A DNA stretch of 64,000 bases. It comes from Puccinia triticina (lineage: Eukaryota). Under the pieces are notes generated by a model. The model worked only from the letters and a program-made list of their open reading frames with translations, had not been told where the DNA came from and made no database searches. A program made the position numbers and the translations under genes. Shown piece by piece: positions 52,477-64,000 of this stretch; positions within the stretch are counted from its first letter, which is position 1, and every line of letters begins with the position of its first letter. The stretch covers positions 5,394,001 to 5,458,000 of the forward strand of contig CP110439.1 in NCBI GenBank assembly GCA_026914245.1, written 5' to 3'.

Positions 52477-54685
52477 ATGGTCCAACGCTCATTATTACAC
52501 GGGACTGGCTCACCAGCACTATGGCTCCTGCTTTCTTCTGTATTGATGAGCCAGGTCTATACCGCTGGAAATCCAGTTCTAGCTAATCCTAATACCCAAC
52601 AATTGTCTGGTCTTACCAGGCGCAACCTGTTTCCCTCCTCTGCCAAAAGCGCCGCGGCACAGACCACAGTCCAGCCAAATGCTGCCCCCAGCCCTTCTGG
52701 ATGTGTTCAGCCGCCGCTTACCAATAGCACTTGGATCCAGCTAGGAATAGACAACTATCTTGCTAACTTACCGAATGGAACCTCTTTGAATCTTCAGGTA
52801 AGCTGCAGATCTTGAACCCACCTATAGGTGTGTTGAAACCCCCAGAGCCATTTCTGATGCAATTTCCAAATAGCACTATGCAGCTTCAGTTGGAGCTCCT
52901 GATTTCATCTGTGGCATAGGAGAAAAGTGCCAAGCTGGCCAGGTAGGCCCCTGCCTTTTTAATCTCCACTTTTTATCCACGCGCTCATTCCCATACTACA
53001 GCTGTGCAGCCCAGTTCAAGCTCCTGGATGGGAAGTGCTGGTTGCAGCCCAAGAATGGAACAACTTTCAGAACAAATTTTATGAGGCAGTGGGTACTGCC
53101 GTTGAAATGGTGACATGTAAGCCATCTTCCTTCCCTCGGGGCCCTAGGATGGCACTCTTCCAAAGCTCTTCCTGCAATAGTGACCTTCATTTAAAACCAC
53201 AATTCTTCATCAAAAACAACAGCCATCTCAGGAGCACTTGTGGTTGACTTGTGAGTACATATTTATAATTGCCATTGCTTTTGTGATTAGCAAGAAAATG
53301 ACTGTACAACTCACTTATGTAATATATAATCACTTAATAGGTACCCTCCTAGCCACACCGGTGGAATTTGGGATTTATTCCATAGCTTCACTTTAGCTTC
53401 CGGAATTACTGCTGGTGTAGTTGCCCTGCTGGTACTATTAGTTGGAGGCGAGGCTATAATTGCACAACGTCTTGCTTTATTTACTCTAAGTGCTGTGGCA
53501 GTCACTTTTGGTGTTACTGGAACAATCTCAATAAAAGAAGCATTGAAGCATAGTGGGCCAAATGCATTGGATAAAGTAGATTACATCTTTCAATTTGCAA
53601 GCAGCTGTGGGAAAAATAGTCCAATTCTGATGCTTTCTTTTCTTGATAATCAGTTTTCAGTATACGCCTTTTACCTTTCTGAATGGCAGAAGCATGCTCA
53701 AAAAAGTATCTCAAATTCCACCAGAAGTATCATTGCCTCAGGTGTCAGTTCACCTCAGGGTATCTCAACTGTCTTGAAGAATGGCACCTTCTTCCGCGAG
53801 CGACCAACCTTCAATGAAGCAGAGCTCATATCAAGCCTTAGGAACACTACTACAATTCGTATCATGACAGATATTCTTCGAAGCCAAGTGAGCTCATGTT
53901 TCTCCAATAGTTGCACTCAATAGGGAGAACTCATCTCCTTTGAATTCAACAGGGTGCATTTGTGACAATTGCAAGTGTAAGTAATTTTACCAACTGCCTT
54001 GCCACAGGGTCTTAAGATTAATCACAAACACATTGGTATCAAATTTTATTTCCAGGATAAATGCACTAGTAAGGGTCCAGGTGGAGCATGGAAAGGGGAC
54101 GACAAGTTGTCTTACTGCTCTCCCAATGGAACGTCAGTGAAATGCTTTGAACTTGATCCCAAAACAACATGTTTTACTGAACTATCTCAATGTTTCTTTT
54201 TGTAGAATGTTCAACATTATCCACTCTGGTAAAAAGAAAGTTAAAAACACATGGTGGAATGCTGATCTGATTGCCAAGAAATATGGAATCTCTGTTCAAT
54301 ACCTTACCGAACAATCTTATTTCTGTCAGTTGAATCATGGCATGGCAAACTTTGATCCCTACAAATCTAGGTAAGAATTCAAGATCCTTATTTTTCTCAA
54401 TTCTGTTGCATAATGGGCTATATTTTGACTAAAACACCCGCTCAAAAAAATTAGTTCATTTCCCAAAGACTTGTCAGCCGAATGCATTTCAAATCTTCCG
54501 GTCTGTGATTTCAGAAATCCTGGTCAGTAAATGCTTGATTTTTAGTTTTCTAAATGAAAAGGGTGTATTAAAGACTGAGCTGGCTGTACGCACTTTGGCC
54601 CATGCACTAAACAGAACTTGTTGAAGCCAAGAAGGAGAAGAATACTATGTATGCTTGTCGTAACGTCGCCAAGCTTCCAATCTGA
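52477..54685 (+). CDS. Secreted Cys-containing hypothetical protein, many short exons
   Basis: Hydrophobic N-terminus (ALWLLLSSVL), FICGIGEKCQAGQLC motif after splicing, about 10 GT-AG introns. Confidence 0.7.
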
Positions 54686-56224
54686 CAGTCATCATGTGTA
54701 ATCTTTGCATTGCTGTGTTCATACAGAGCCGCGTCTTCTGTGTTGTGTGTCAGTGGGGAGCACCTATTTATTTAGATTGGAATTTTCCCAATGAACTTCC
54801 CTTATTTTTATCTTCATAACTTTTGTTCCACATTTTCCTTTCCTCTGCACTCAGCTAAATTCTGCCCCACCCATGAAATAGTAACCCCTGAATGGCAACA
54901 TAGATACTTACACACATTTACATGATTGATTCTTCAAGGGAAATGCTTACACCAACGCTGGGCCGGCTAAGCTAACTTTAGCCTTAGCATGGCACAATTT
55001 TGCCACGGAACAGTTATAGGGTTTGCAGGTTGCTTTTAGAAGTTGCGCGTTATAGCTACTTGCGCCGGCCGTAGAAAGTGTCTGCTGGGGTTTGTTATAG
55101 CGCTTTTCGGCGCGTTTTTGGCAATAAACCCACTTTGGCGCAGCTGAAGCCAATACTTCATAAAACCCTGGGAAGGTAAACAAAAACCTGCCGCTATGCT
55201 AAGACATTTATAGCAAAGTCCCAGTGCCCCAGGGTTGCTTACACCGCATACCAAAAAGTTTGATCTGTGGATATCAGCTCCTTAATGTTGCTCAGACATA
55301 GGGTTGATGACGGGGCGTGCCAAAGTGTGCTCCCTCCCATGTGGGCGCACCTAGGGTCTCAAAATTCTCAAAAGTGGTGTCGGCGCATATCTAACTTACC
55401 ACCCTAAATTTTGACGGAAAGGTGCCGCAGGCTTGCCATGAGAATGTGTACCTGTAGCTAATCCAGAGAAATAAGTATGTCTCTGTATAATTGAGTTCTC
55501 TGCCAATTGCCGGACTGTAACTTTGGCCTTGGCCTGGAGTTTGAATCCTTGAAAGAGTTAAAAACTCAAGAAAGCAAAGTGAATCAGGTACTACACCAAA
55601 ATCTTTAGTTTTCAATAAAGTACCAATTATAAGCACCAGTTACAGTACTTCCACAGAATGCTTTAGTCAACAATGGCTCAGCAACATTATCATTAGCAAT
55701 GGTGCAGCACAGCGTGACTTGATACAGCTGAAACTAATGAGATTTCCTGTTAGCTGTCAGCGGCATTACACCAGCGCTAACCGGTGGTGAGCTAAAACTA
55801 CACCCACTACACTGTATTATGCCTCTTTAAGTGGGTTTGCAATAAAAGGGGCATAAAGTAGAGTAGTTTTAGCATAGTGCCGCTAACAGCCAGCTAGCGC
55901 TATGGCTGCAGCAGTTGCATAGAGGTTATTGCAACGTCTGGTTGGCCAAATTAAATTTCCACTGGCACAAGCCTCCCTGCACAAATCAAAACTAATTTTG
56001 GACACATTTTTCATATTGCGGTGGCCATGATCATTCTTGGGAGCTGACTGTGCACCACTTGACCAAGTCTCGTGACTTCAACTTGATGGGCTGAGGTTCT
56101 TTAATCAAAAACAACAGGCAGAAAACTATTGATAACCAATGTTACATCGAAAAAAAAAATGCTGCCGCTCTGTTTCCATATTTACCAGGTATCTCGTCTC
56201 ATTCCCTATCTTTCCAAAAGCGGA

Positions 56225-58365
56225 TCATGAGCTGTCAATGGAGAAATGAGGAGAGTTGTTATTATGCTCATCATCATCATGAGTGGAGGCGTGATGTTGG
56301 AATTCCAGACGATAATCGATAGGGATGAAGAAGTCGTCTTTCGAATCCTGCTCATCGAGTTCGAACATGATGAAATCGTCGAGCTCGACCTGGTCCAGTT
56401 CTTTCAGCAACTCCCGATCGTCCTCGGTACCCGCAGCTAACAGCAGTTTCCTCCGCTTCTTGTGAACTTCGATCCGGTTCGAGTACACATTCTCTTCAGC
56501 CTTGGAAATCTCGATGGATCCTTCTTGTTCGTCTTTTCGCCTTCTTTCAAGATCCGATTCATCTTCCTGTCAGTTTCAGAAAGTTTGTTAGCCACCAAGA
56601 AAATAACACAGTGATGAACAAATAACATGTCGCAAGTGACTCTTCTCAGTGTCTATGAAGGTGCTGATTCGCTTTTGTAAGCAGGTTGTGACTCACGTAA
56701 TCAAATTCGTCCTCCCTTTCACGATATTCAACGTTCTCATCCAGCTCGTCGAACCCAGGCGCATACGCACTCCAGTTCTCAGTCACGCCAGTGACCCAGA
56801 TATGGATCAACCCCAATATTGAGACCGACGCTACAATCGGTCGAGTGGGATGCCACTGAAGATAAGGGCGAAAAAAAGAGTAATCAAAGTGTCCCAATTC
56901 CGAGCGGGTTAGTACAGTTTACAAGATATTGCAGAAACTCTTGTGGTATAGCTGCAATTACAGCCGCTGACGTACATCAAAAGCTTCCAAAGGGTCTTTA
57001 GGCCCGTCCAAGATTTTAGTCAACGTTCCCGAACTACGATCCCAAATGAATATCTGATGGGAGTCTTTATGGCCTGCGCCAGCAACGACATACTCCGAGC
57101 CAAATCCGCAGCCTTGCCAGGGAGTGCGAACGATGGTATCCTGGAATTTGTGGTCCAAAATCATCGACGGTATCAATTCTCCGGCCTTGAACTTCAAACT
57201 ATACACCCGGATTATTCGATCGTTCGAGTTCAGGACTATTGAGCTGCCCTTAGTGTCAAACTCCATCGACTTGATGGTGTTGTTATTCGAGATCTGTTCG
57301 ATATGCACTAACTACTACATATTCATAGTTTTTCGTTCAAGAAATAATTTCATACAAGGTCAAAACCCATAGCGCAACAGGGCGTGGGGTGGGTCAGATT
57401 CGTGCATCAACTGTAAAAATCACCTTTCTTCAAACATTCAGGAGAAGAAAAACGCACGACTTTAGTTCTACAATCAAATATATGTAACGTGCCCTGAGAA
57501 GTTCCAACATAGATCAGGTCACCACTGGGATTGAATCTAGCAACGGTAGCAGCCTGTCTGAATCGAAATGTAAATTATGTTTTTGATTAGACATATTCCA
57601 GGGGAGCGAAGTCAGAGAATTAGAATCAAATAATACCTCTTCCGACGCGATGCACGTTTGCCAGAGGAAGCCTGGTCCTTTTCCGGGCTCTCGTGGGTAG
57701 ATGGGTTTTCGTCTGGGTTGGTAGACTGGCGAGATTGTCGCGCGTCCAATTCCCATCTTCCACCTTGAGAGCGAAGATCAACAAAAACCGCTTCCTCTTG
57801 ACTTTGAAGAGTGACGACGAGTAATTTTCTGGAAATCGGCGCGATCTTCAATTTTTCAATTCCTTTTCAAGTGATGAAAATGAGAAACAGAGTCGAGTAG
57901 ATGGTCTGACCGAGGTTTGTTTACCTGTTGATTGGATGGAACTGGGCACTGGTGACAGGAGCATCGAATCGCACGGTCTGCTCGCGTTCACCGGAGTTTA
58001 AGTCCCAAATGATCACGTTCCAATCTCTACTCGAGCTCAACAGATAGCGAGAATTACGGCTCCAGTCCAATGAGGTGATCGGCTTGACATGACCCATCAA
58101 GAATTTGATTGTCCTCTTGGTCTCGAAGTCGACGATCGTCACGCAGCCATCCAGCCTCCCTATCGCCAAATACTGTCCACAAAACATACCCGTAGGGTTG
58201 AACTTGGTGATGATCGCTAACGAATCAAGCGAGCTTTCCACCGTGTCTGGAAAATCTTGCGCAAACGGATCTGTGGGGGAAACAATGCCATCGTTAATGC
58301 TCAGGAAGACGAGTATCATGAAAGCAAGTTGGTCCAGCCTACTTACCCTGCAGTTCCCTGTTCAT
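56225..58365 (-). CDS. SWD1: COMPASS/Set1C WD40 subunit Swd1 (RBBP5 orthologue)
   Basis: MNRELQ|DPFAQDFPD, GHVKPITSLDWSRNSRYLLSSSRDW, WHPTRP, ENWSAYAPGFDELDENVEYREREDEFD. Confidence 0.93.
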
Positions 58366-58947
58366 TGCTAGCTTGTCTGACGCCGTCCTTCGAGTACCTC
58401 ACTGATTCGATAGAGAACGGAAAGAGTTGCCTCCGATTGGAACACGAATAAGCTGAAACGAGGGTCGCGGGGCCCGGTCTCCCCGTGAAGGAGTTCGGGT
58501 AGCTATGTTTTCTGTTGCAGATCTCTCGAACGGAGGGTCCGGGGAACCCCGGCCGGAGGGCTCTCCGGCTTCGCCGCCACGGCGAGCCTCGCACCAGGGG
58601 GGACTTGGGTTAAGTTAGCCATTTGGCGTGGTTGAAGGAGTGTTTGAAGTTCGAAGTGTGCGCCGTGTAACGTCTGGACCGGTCGGCATCAAGCGGGACC
58701 CCCGCATCCCGAAGGGACCCTACCAGGCTCCAAGAGCCTCCATACCAGGAGGCTGCCAAACTCCCAGACTGTACCAGGGCCCTTCAAGGGAGTATCTTCT
58801 GTTGAGTGATGATCAAAAAAGGGTCGGGGAATTTGCATTTCTTCTCTGCTATCAAGATCATAGATAAACATACACAACAATTTTCAAAAAAAATATCAAA
58901 ATCTTGCAAATGAAAGATGGAACTATGTGCATGAAGAGAAGTTCAGG

Positions 58948-61593
58948 TTACTTATAAGCCAGTAACAATTGATTAGTCATCTTGGAACCGTTAGAGTTCT
59001 TAGCTAGAAAAAAAGCGAATTTGAGTTTAGAGATTAATTTTAGACTAGGGAATTGAGCAGAGATCAGAGTAGATGATGCTGGTGATGAATGATCAAGAAA
59101 CGTTAATTTTGATTGGATGAGAGCGTTCTTCTTGCCCGTAAAAATCCTTGAACCTTGGATAGAATGACGGATGTTAGAAGGATTAGGGTGTGAAAGAGCA
59201 CGGCCCGACGGAGATTGTTCGAGAAAGACGCGTCGAGGGGGGTCGGAATGGACGGGAGGCTGGGGCATGGAATGGGCCTTCAAGAAGAAGAACTTTTGCA
59301 AGACTGCATAGACCAATTCTTCCTTCATCTTCCCGTCCCAGCCGTTGATCTTCCGTTTGCGTTGGTCGCCCCATTGGTAGCTCGGATCGAATGCTTTCGG
59401 TTTCGGGCCCGCGGAATGGATGGCGCACCATTCGAGCAGATCGATCCATCCGCCTTCGTCCTGGATCCGACCCGTCTTGACATCCGCCAGTTGGCCCAGA
59501 TGTGTGTGCATAGATTCCAGGACGTTCAAGGCTCCATCCACGTCTTTGGCTTTCAAGCAGGCTCGCACAAACGGCCGGAAGGAGCCGAGGTTGGGCTCGA
59601 GACGCTTATTCAGTTTCGGATGGGTGGCCGACGATGGGGCGGACGGCTGATGGAAATGTTGGGTGAGAAAGGAGTGGAAGACTATGGGGATCAATTTAGG
59701 AGGACAGATGGAGAGGAGTGAGTCGTATAGAACCGTCAGAACGCCGACGGTAGGATGGATTAGTTTGTGGTAGGTTTGGTGTCTGGTCGGATCGGTGGAC
59801 GACCTGAACTCATTCGATCGGGTCCTCGACGGACTCCCGTCCCCATTCGGGCCCCACCGGATCTGGTCGAGTAGCTTCACATCACAGCCTACGGGAATGA
59901 AATAATCTAGAAATATTTGGATCGCTCTTCGTGGCTGTCCAGATCGATGGTAAAAGATCATCCAACTGTGGGCCCAGAGGAAGACGATGTCAGAGCGGGC
60001 TTCAAAGGCGAACTTGGGACATAGCAGTGCGGCTGAGATTTTTGGTTGCCCTGGCTTGTCGCCTAGTCGAACTGGGGGATTCAAAACAAATGATTTCAGA
60101 ATCTGCTCCTCGGTTCCTTCATGTTGAGCGACTTGATGTGGCTGCAACGTTTCTAGAATATCTTGAAACGAGTTCCGCAGGGGTAAGAATTGATGAATTT
60201 CGTTGGCCAGTTGAGCTGCTTTGACGAACTTTGGATGATTGTTTTGATCGAAGAGAGATCGGAAATAGCTTGTAAAATGATCCAGTTTCTCCAAGGAGAT
60301 CTGATGGCAGATTTCAGGCTTAACACCGATCGCATTCTGGAAAACTTTGACGTATTTTTTGGAGATTTGTTTTGTTAGTGGTTGGAGATTGAGTGAGTTG
60401 TGAGTCTGTGATTTCTTGGCTAGCCAGGCATTCAGACTAGGTTTATGTACCTCCCGCCAGCGAGAAATCAATCGATCCAGCTCGCCAGACCAATTCTGGC
60501 TTGTTTGATGAGATTTATCCTTGATTCTAGATACCATTTGATCGGCCAAGGCTTGGTATGTCAACGGGTATGCGTTAGTCGAACCGGATCCTTCTCGTGA
60601 GTCGGACTGCTGATGAGGCGTGTACAAGATCTCGAGTGCTTCCGAAAGATGTCCTTGGTTGGCCAACTGAACTACAAGAAAATCGTAAGATGACTTGATC
60701 AATTCGTCAGAAGATTTGATGATTGAGCAAATCTTTTCAGTTGCTGAGATCGTCGTCGCAGGCGTCTGGGTTCGGACAAGGTGTCTGATCACTGTGAAAG
60801 CGATGTGCCTCGAATAGCACTCTTTGGCGACCAGGATTTCGAGGAATTTCAAGATCGATGAGAGCTCATTCGGGGATGACTTCAAAATGTAATTCAGATG
60901 CACTTCAGATATCGAGATAGGTGGTCGTATATCCAGCGAGCTGGTCTGTTGAAGATGAGAGGAAGCTACGAGAGGAAGCCATTCAAGATAAGATGCAATA
61001 TCCTGCGCCTGAAAGAGTAAGTCAAAGCAGTGAGACGTGATTTTGAGATTGCTGGATAGATTGATGCCACTTTTAATGATTTCAGTTCTCAGTTGCTCGG
61101 CCGCATCAGGATCGTCTCGAATCAAGTACACTAGCCGTTCAGCAAGACTTGTATCGACCCGAGATTTGAGATGAAGGACGGTGTGATCGTTGGCGTTTGC
61201 TTGAGACGGGTCATCGGCGGGTTCTAGTGGCTCGAACAATGTGAAATCCGGCCGGAAAGGAAGATGGGCATGTGCTCTCGAATTCCAATTCTCGACTTTA
61301 TCATGCGCCAGATCAGACTCTTCACTACATCGCGGCTCAGACTGATTGGCTAGACGACCATCCGCGGCAGAATCACGTTCTAGGCTGAGGGATGGCGTGC
61401 TTGGATAAATCCCGGCGACTGAGTAATTGCGACTGGCCAAGCTCCGAGTGGGCTGACAGTGCGCCCCGCGATCGGGAAGACATGTTTTCCTGATATGTAG
61501 CGTCTTGGGCTGCTTGAGTGACTGCAAGGGAAAGCTCAGGTTGAGTCGAAGTTGCTGGGTCGTGCCTGCCGTCATCTTCCGATCGATCGACAT
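58948..61593 (-). CDS. 881-aa single-exon hypothetical protein, possibly PPR-like/mitochondrial
   Basis: Long open frame with a basic N-terminus. PPR-like segment PNLGSFRPFVRACLKAKDVDGALNVLESM. Confidence 0.75.
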   Translation of the reverse strand: MSIDRKMTAGTTQQLRLNLSFPLQSLKQPKTLHIRKTCLPDRGAHCQPTRSLASRNYSVAGIYPSTPSLSLERDSAADGRLANQSEPRCSEESDLAHDKVENWNSRAHAHLPFRPDFTLFEPLEPADDPSQANANDHTVLHLKSRVDTSLAERLVYLIRDDPDAAEQLRTEIIKSGINLSSNLKITSHCFDLLFQAQDIASYLEWLPLVASSHLQQTSSLDIRPPISISEVHLNYILKSSPNELSSILKFLEILVAKECYSRHIAFTVIRHLVRTQTPATTISATEKICSIIKSSDELIKSSYDFLVVQLANQGHLSEALEILYTPHQQSDSREGSGSTNAYPLTYQALADQMVSRIKDKSHQTSQNWSGELDRLISRWREVHKPSLNAWLAKKSQTHNSLNLQPLTKQISKKYVKVFQNAIGVKPEICHQISLEKLDHFTSYFRSLFDQNNHPKFVKAAQLANEIHQFLPLRNSFQDILETLQPHQVAQHEGTEEQILKSFVLNPPVRLGDKPGQPKISAALLCPKFAFEARSDIVFLWAHSWMIFYHRSGQPRRAIQIFLDYFIPVGCDVKLLDQIRWGPNGDGSPSRTRSNEFRSSTDPTRHQTYHKLIHPTVGVLTVLYDSLLSICPPKLIPIVFHSFLTQHFHQPSAPSSATHPKLNKRLEPNLGSFRPFVRACLKAKDVDGALNVLESMHTHLGQLADVKTGRIQDEGGWIDLLEWCAIHSAGPKPKAFDPSYQWGDQRKRKINGWDGKMKEELVYAVLQKFFFLKAHSMPQPPVHSDPPRRVFLEQSPSGRALSHPNPSNIRHSIQGSRIFTGKKNALIQSKLTFLDHSSPASSTLISAQFPSLKLISKLKFAFFLAKNSNGSKMTNQLLLAYK

Positions 61594-62447
61594 TTCAAGT
61601 CAGTGCTGGTCTTTCCCATATTGGCGAGGGTCTTGGGTGCCTACCTTTCTTATTCTTTCAGTTTCCTCGTCCCATGCGCATCTCTATCGAGCAGCGTTAT
61701 CCAATCGTCCAAGTCGTGGTGGATGTTGGTTCCTTCTACGATCGAGGGGCCCCTGGCGGAACTTCGTGGGTCCTGTGGCCGTCAGATCGGCCGGCTGCGG
61801 TGTCTTCGCCCGGCGAGCTCCGAGCCAAATACATACAGTCTCACCCATGAGAGATTTTTTCACTATTTTTTTGTCTTCAAGTGTAATTTTGCCATGAGCA
61901 TTGCACGCAAGAATATTTCTGACTGCATACAAGTAGCAGGAGAGGAATCCCAGAGCCCAGAATTATTTACTGATCCAATTCCCAACTACTTTAATCCTTC
62001 CTTATCTTGATCCTCAGCAAGCAACAAATGATTGCCAACGAGCGTTTCAGCTTTGTTGTACCTCTCAACATCCCCCTACACAATACAAGATTTTTGATCC
62101 TTGTCTCTTTGATATGGACCACCTCACAGGCAGTCAGCACAAAACTATCCATTCCCAGCTCTGATCACGGTCTGACACTGTAGGAGCTTCATGTCACCCA
62201 AGACCCACCCAATCAGATGGAATAAAGATTCCTGGATGCAATGACATGATGAGCTGGGTCAACGACAAAGCAAAATGAGAGCATGGGCTGCAGAAAAAAA
62301 TTGAGAATGATGATGCTTTGTTTTCTAATTCTTCATTTTCATTGTCTCGTCTCAATATGCCATTGATCAATTTAACTGATCAAAAACTCTTTCAATATCG
62401 TGTTTTTGCGTCTACTCAGGTGTCTATTAAAGAAACTCCTGAGAAAA

Positions 62448-63750
62448 TTACACATAAATGCTTAGCTTCATGACCCAAGCCCAAAGGGCCACCAAGAGTA
62501 GACTAAGGACAGCATGGGAGAGATGCATACGGACGACGGCGTAGATCCAGAGAGCGCCCAGCGGGGGGACGCGACGCATGACAAGCAGGTACGACAGACG
62601 GTTCATGATGTAGACCATGTACGAGCCGCCGATGGTCGAGAGGCCGAAGAGGAGCAGGTTTGCTAGCACTTGCTCATGGGAATGCAATGTGTAATGGATT
62701 AGAAATAGCGCACTTGGGTACACCTTCCCCGTCCGGCTGAGCTCGCTCCATACCGTCAACGGCTGGCCATATTGGGCATGGATTGCCACGTCCCTTCCGG
62801 TCGCGTTTTTGCCCTCAGCATCTCTCTTCTGGCGCCGTAGTGGCGGTGGCAGTTTCATTGGGAACGTACTCACAAACATACAAAGACCGTCATGAAAGGG
62901 ATCGACCAGAGGAAAGTGTCGAGTGCCCGGTCGGCCCAGAGGGGCAACGTATCGATTTGGTCGGCGGGTGGCGGGTGGTCAGGGAGATTGCGCACGGTTT
63001 CCAGGTCGTCGTCATCCTCGTTATCGAGCGGATGTTTGGCGGCAGTAGGGGTTTTGAGAGTGTCGGCGAACGCGGCGCGGTCGAGGGTAGAGAACTGGAC
63101 GAGCGGCGGCGGCCTGGAGGAGGGGGAGGATGAGGAGGTGTTAGAGTAGTCATGCACTTATGCACGAACTATAGCTTAGAAACTATGTACTTACTCATCA
63201 TGTACATAGTTTCTAACCTTGTCGGTGACAGGCACCGAACCTAACCTGTCACCGACACGCGCCTACAGTCCCGGCTCTCACCTGCCCGGGCTCTCCTTTC
63301 TTTCCTCACCGAGATTGGAGACCCGGGTACCGACACGTGAGAGCTGACCCACCGCCGGACTGTATCGCGCAGGTTAGTCAGTTTGATAGCAATGTGACCG
63401 AGATTGGAGACCCGGGTACCAACACGTGAGAGCTGACCCACCGCCGGACTGTATCGCGCAGTTTCCGAGCCTTTATAGGAGGGGACATCGGCGAAGCGCC
63501 AACGAGGGATGCACTCCAGGATGCCCGTCTCGTGGATGATCTTCATCTGCGCCTCCGCCGACAGCTCCATCGCTCCCTCGCCCCCTGCCGTCGTCCCCGA
63601 GAGTGCCCTCCCGTCCTTCATGCGCCCTGTCATCTGTCCGCTGTCGTCTTCCGGCCGTCTCTGCGGGTGCCGAGGCTGCTGTTGCTCGGGATTCTGATTG
63701 GAATTTGGTCCCCGGGGGGTACCTAGCTGCCTCTCGAACGGAGGGGGCAC
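62448..63750 (-). CDS. Small multi-pass membrane protein of unknown function; start uncertain
   Basis: Exons ..AQMKIIHETGILECIP | ..LDTFLWSIPFMTVFVCL | DVAIHAQYGQ..PPLGALWIYAVVRM. Intron ~62874-62795 and an intervening segment 63157-63503. Confidence 0.7.
63308..63461. repeat. Two 65-bp direct repeats (one mismatch) separated by a 24-bp spacer
   Basis: 63308-63372 versus 63397-63461. Confidence 0.95.
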
Positions 63751-64000
63751 CCCCCGTCCCGCACGGACTCTCCGTGGGAAAGGCTTTGACTAAGAGCATC
63801 TCCAACGGTCCGGGGGTGGATTGGTAGCAGCCCGCAACCAGATGTCCCGGACTGTCACAAACATTTCACAACAGTCCAAATTATGGACTGTCCAAACCGA
63901 GCCGGGGTGAGTTGGCCTGCCAGGCAGTCCAAGCCGTCTCCGCTTGTTCCTCTCTTGCACACTTTTCCGGGCAGGACTCCGCAGCATACGGGGCCACGGA

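Noticed and set aside
54947..55950. Possible MITE cluster between the secreted gene and SWD1
   Set aside because: Repeat-like composition, but paired TIRs and a TSD could not be established.
63308..63461. CRISPR or TRIM call for the 65-bp repeats
   Set aside because: Only two repeats, longer than the spacer, with no TG..CA ends, PBS or TSD. Kept as an unexplained structure instead.
63241..63500. Coding extension WRFADVPSYK..VSVTG
   Set aside because: The frame runs through the direct repeats, which are offset by 89 nt and so translate differently. It does not resemble the flanking protein.
63150..63516. AGTGCAT as a TSD for the cassette
   Set aside because: Removing the segment on this basis leaves the downstream exon out of frame.

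Overview
Eukaryotic fungal DNA, most likely a rust fungus (Pucciniales, Puccinia-like). This is inferred from short GT-AG introns with CTRAC branch sites and from the gene and TE families, not from a database search. Bases 1-26 kb and 39-49.7 kb are nested transposon debris: a decayed Ty1/Copia, a tyrosine-recombinase (DIRS/Ngaro-type) retrotransposon whose ORF1 carries spliceosomal introns, a gag-only LTR element, solo LTRs, CACTA-like, P-like, hAT, Harbinger and mariner MITEs, and hairpin arrays. One apparently intact autonomous hAT lies at 30186-32727. Host genes are a RING pseudogene, an F-box-like gene, two rust-type hypothetical genes, a CAMKK-type kinase, an SDR, a secreted protein, SWD1/RBBP5, an 881-aa hypothetical and a small membrane-protein gene. 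The most unexplained structure is a ~350-nt segment inside that last gene, holding two perfect hairpins and two 65-nt direct repeats separated by a 24-nt spacer. Coordinates were read by eye and may be off by a few bases.
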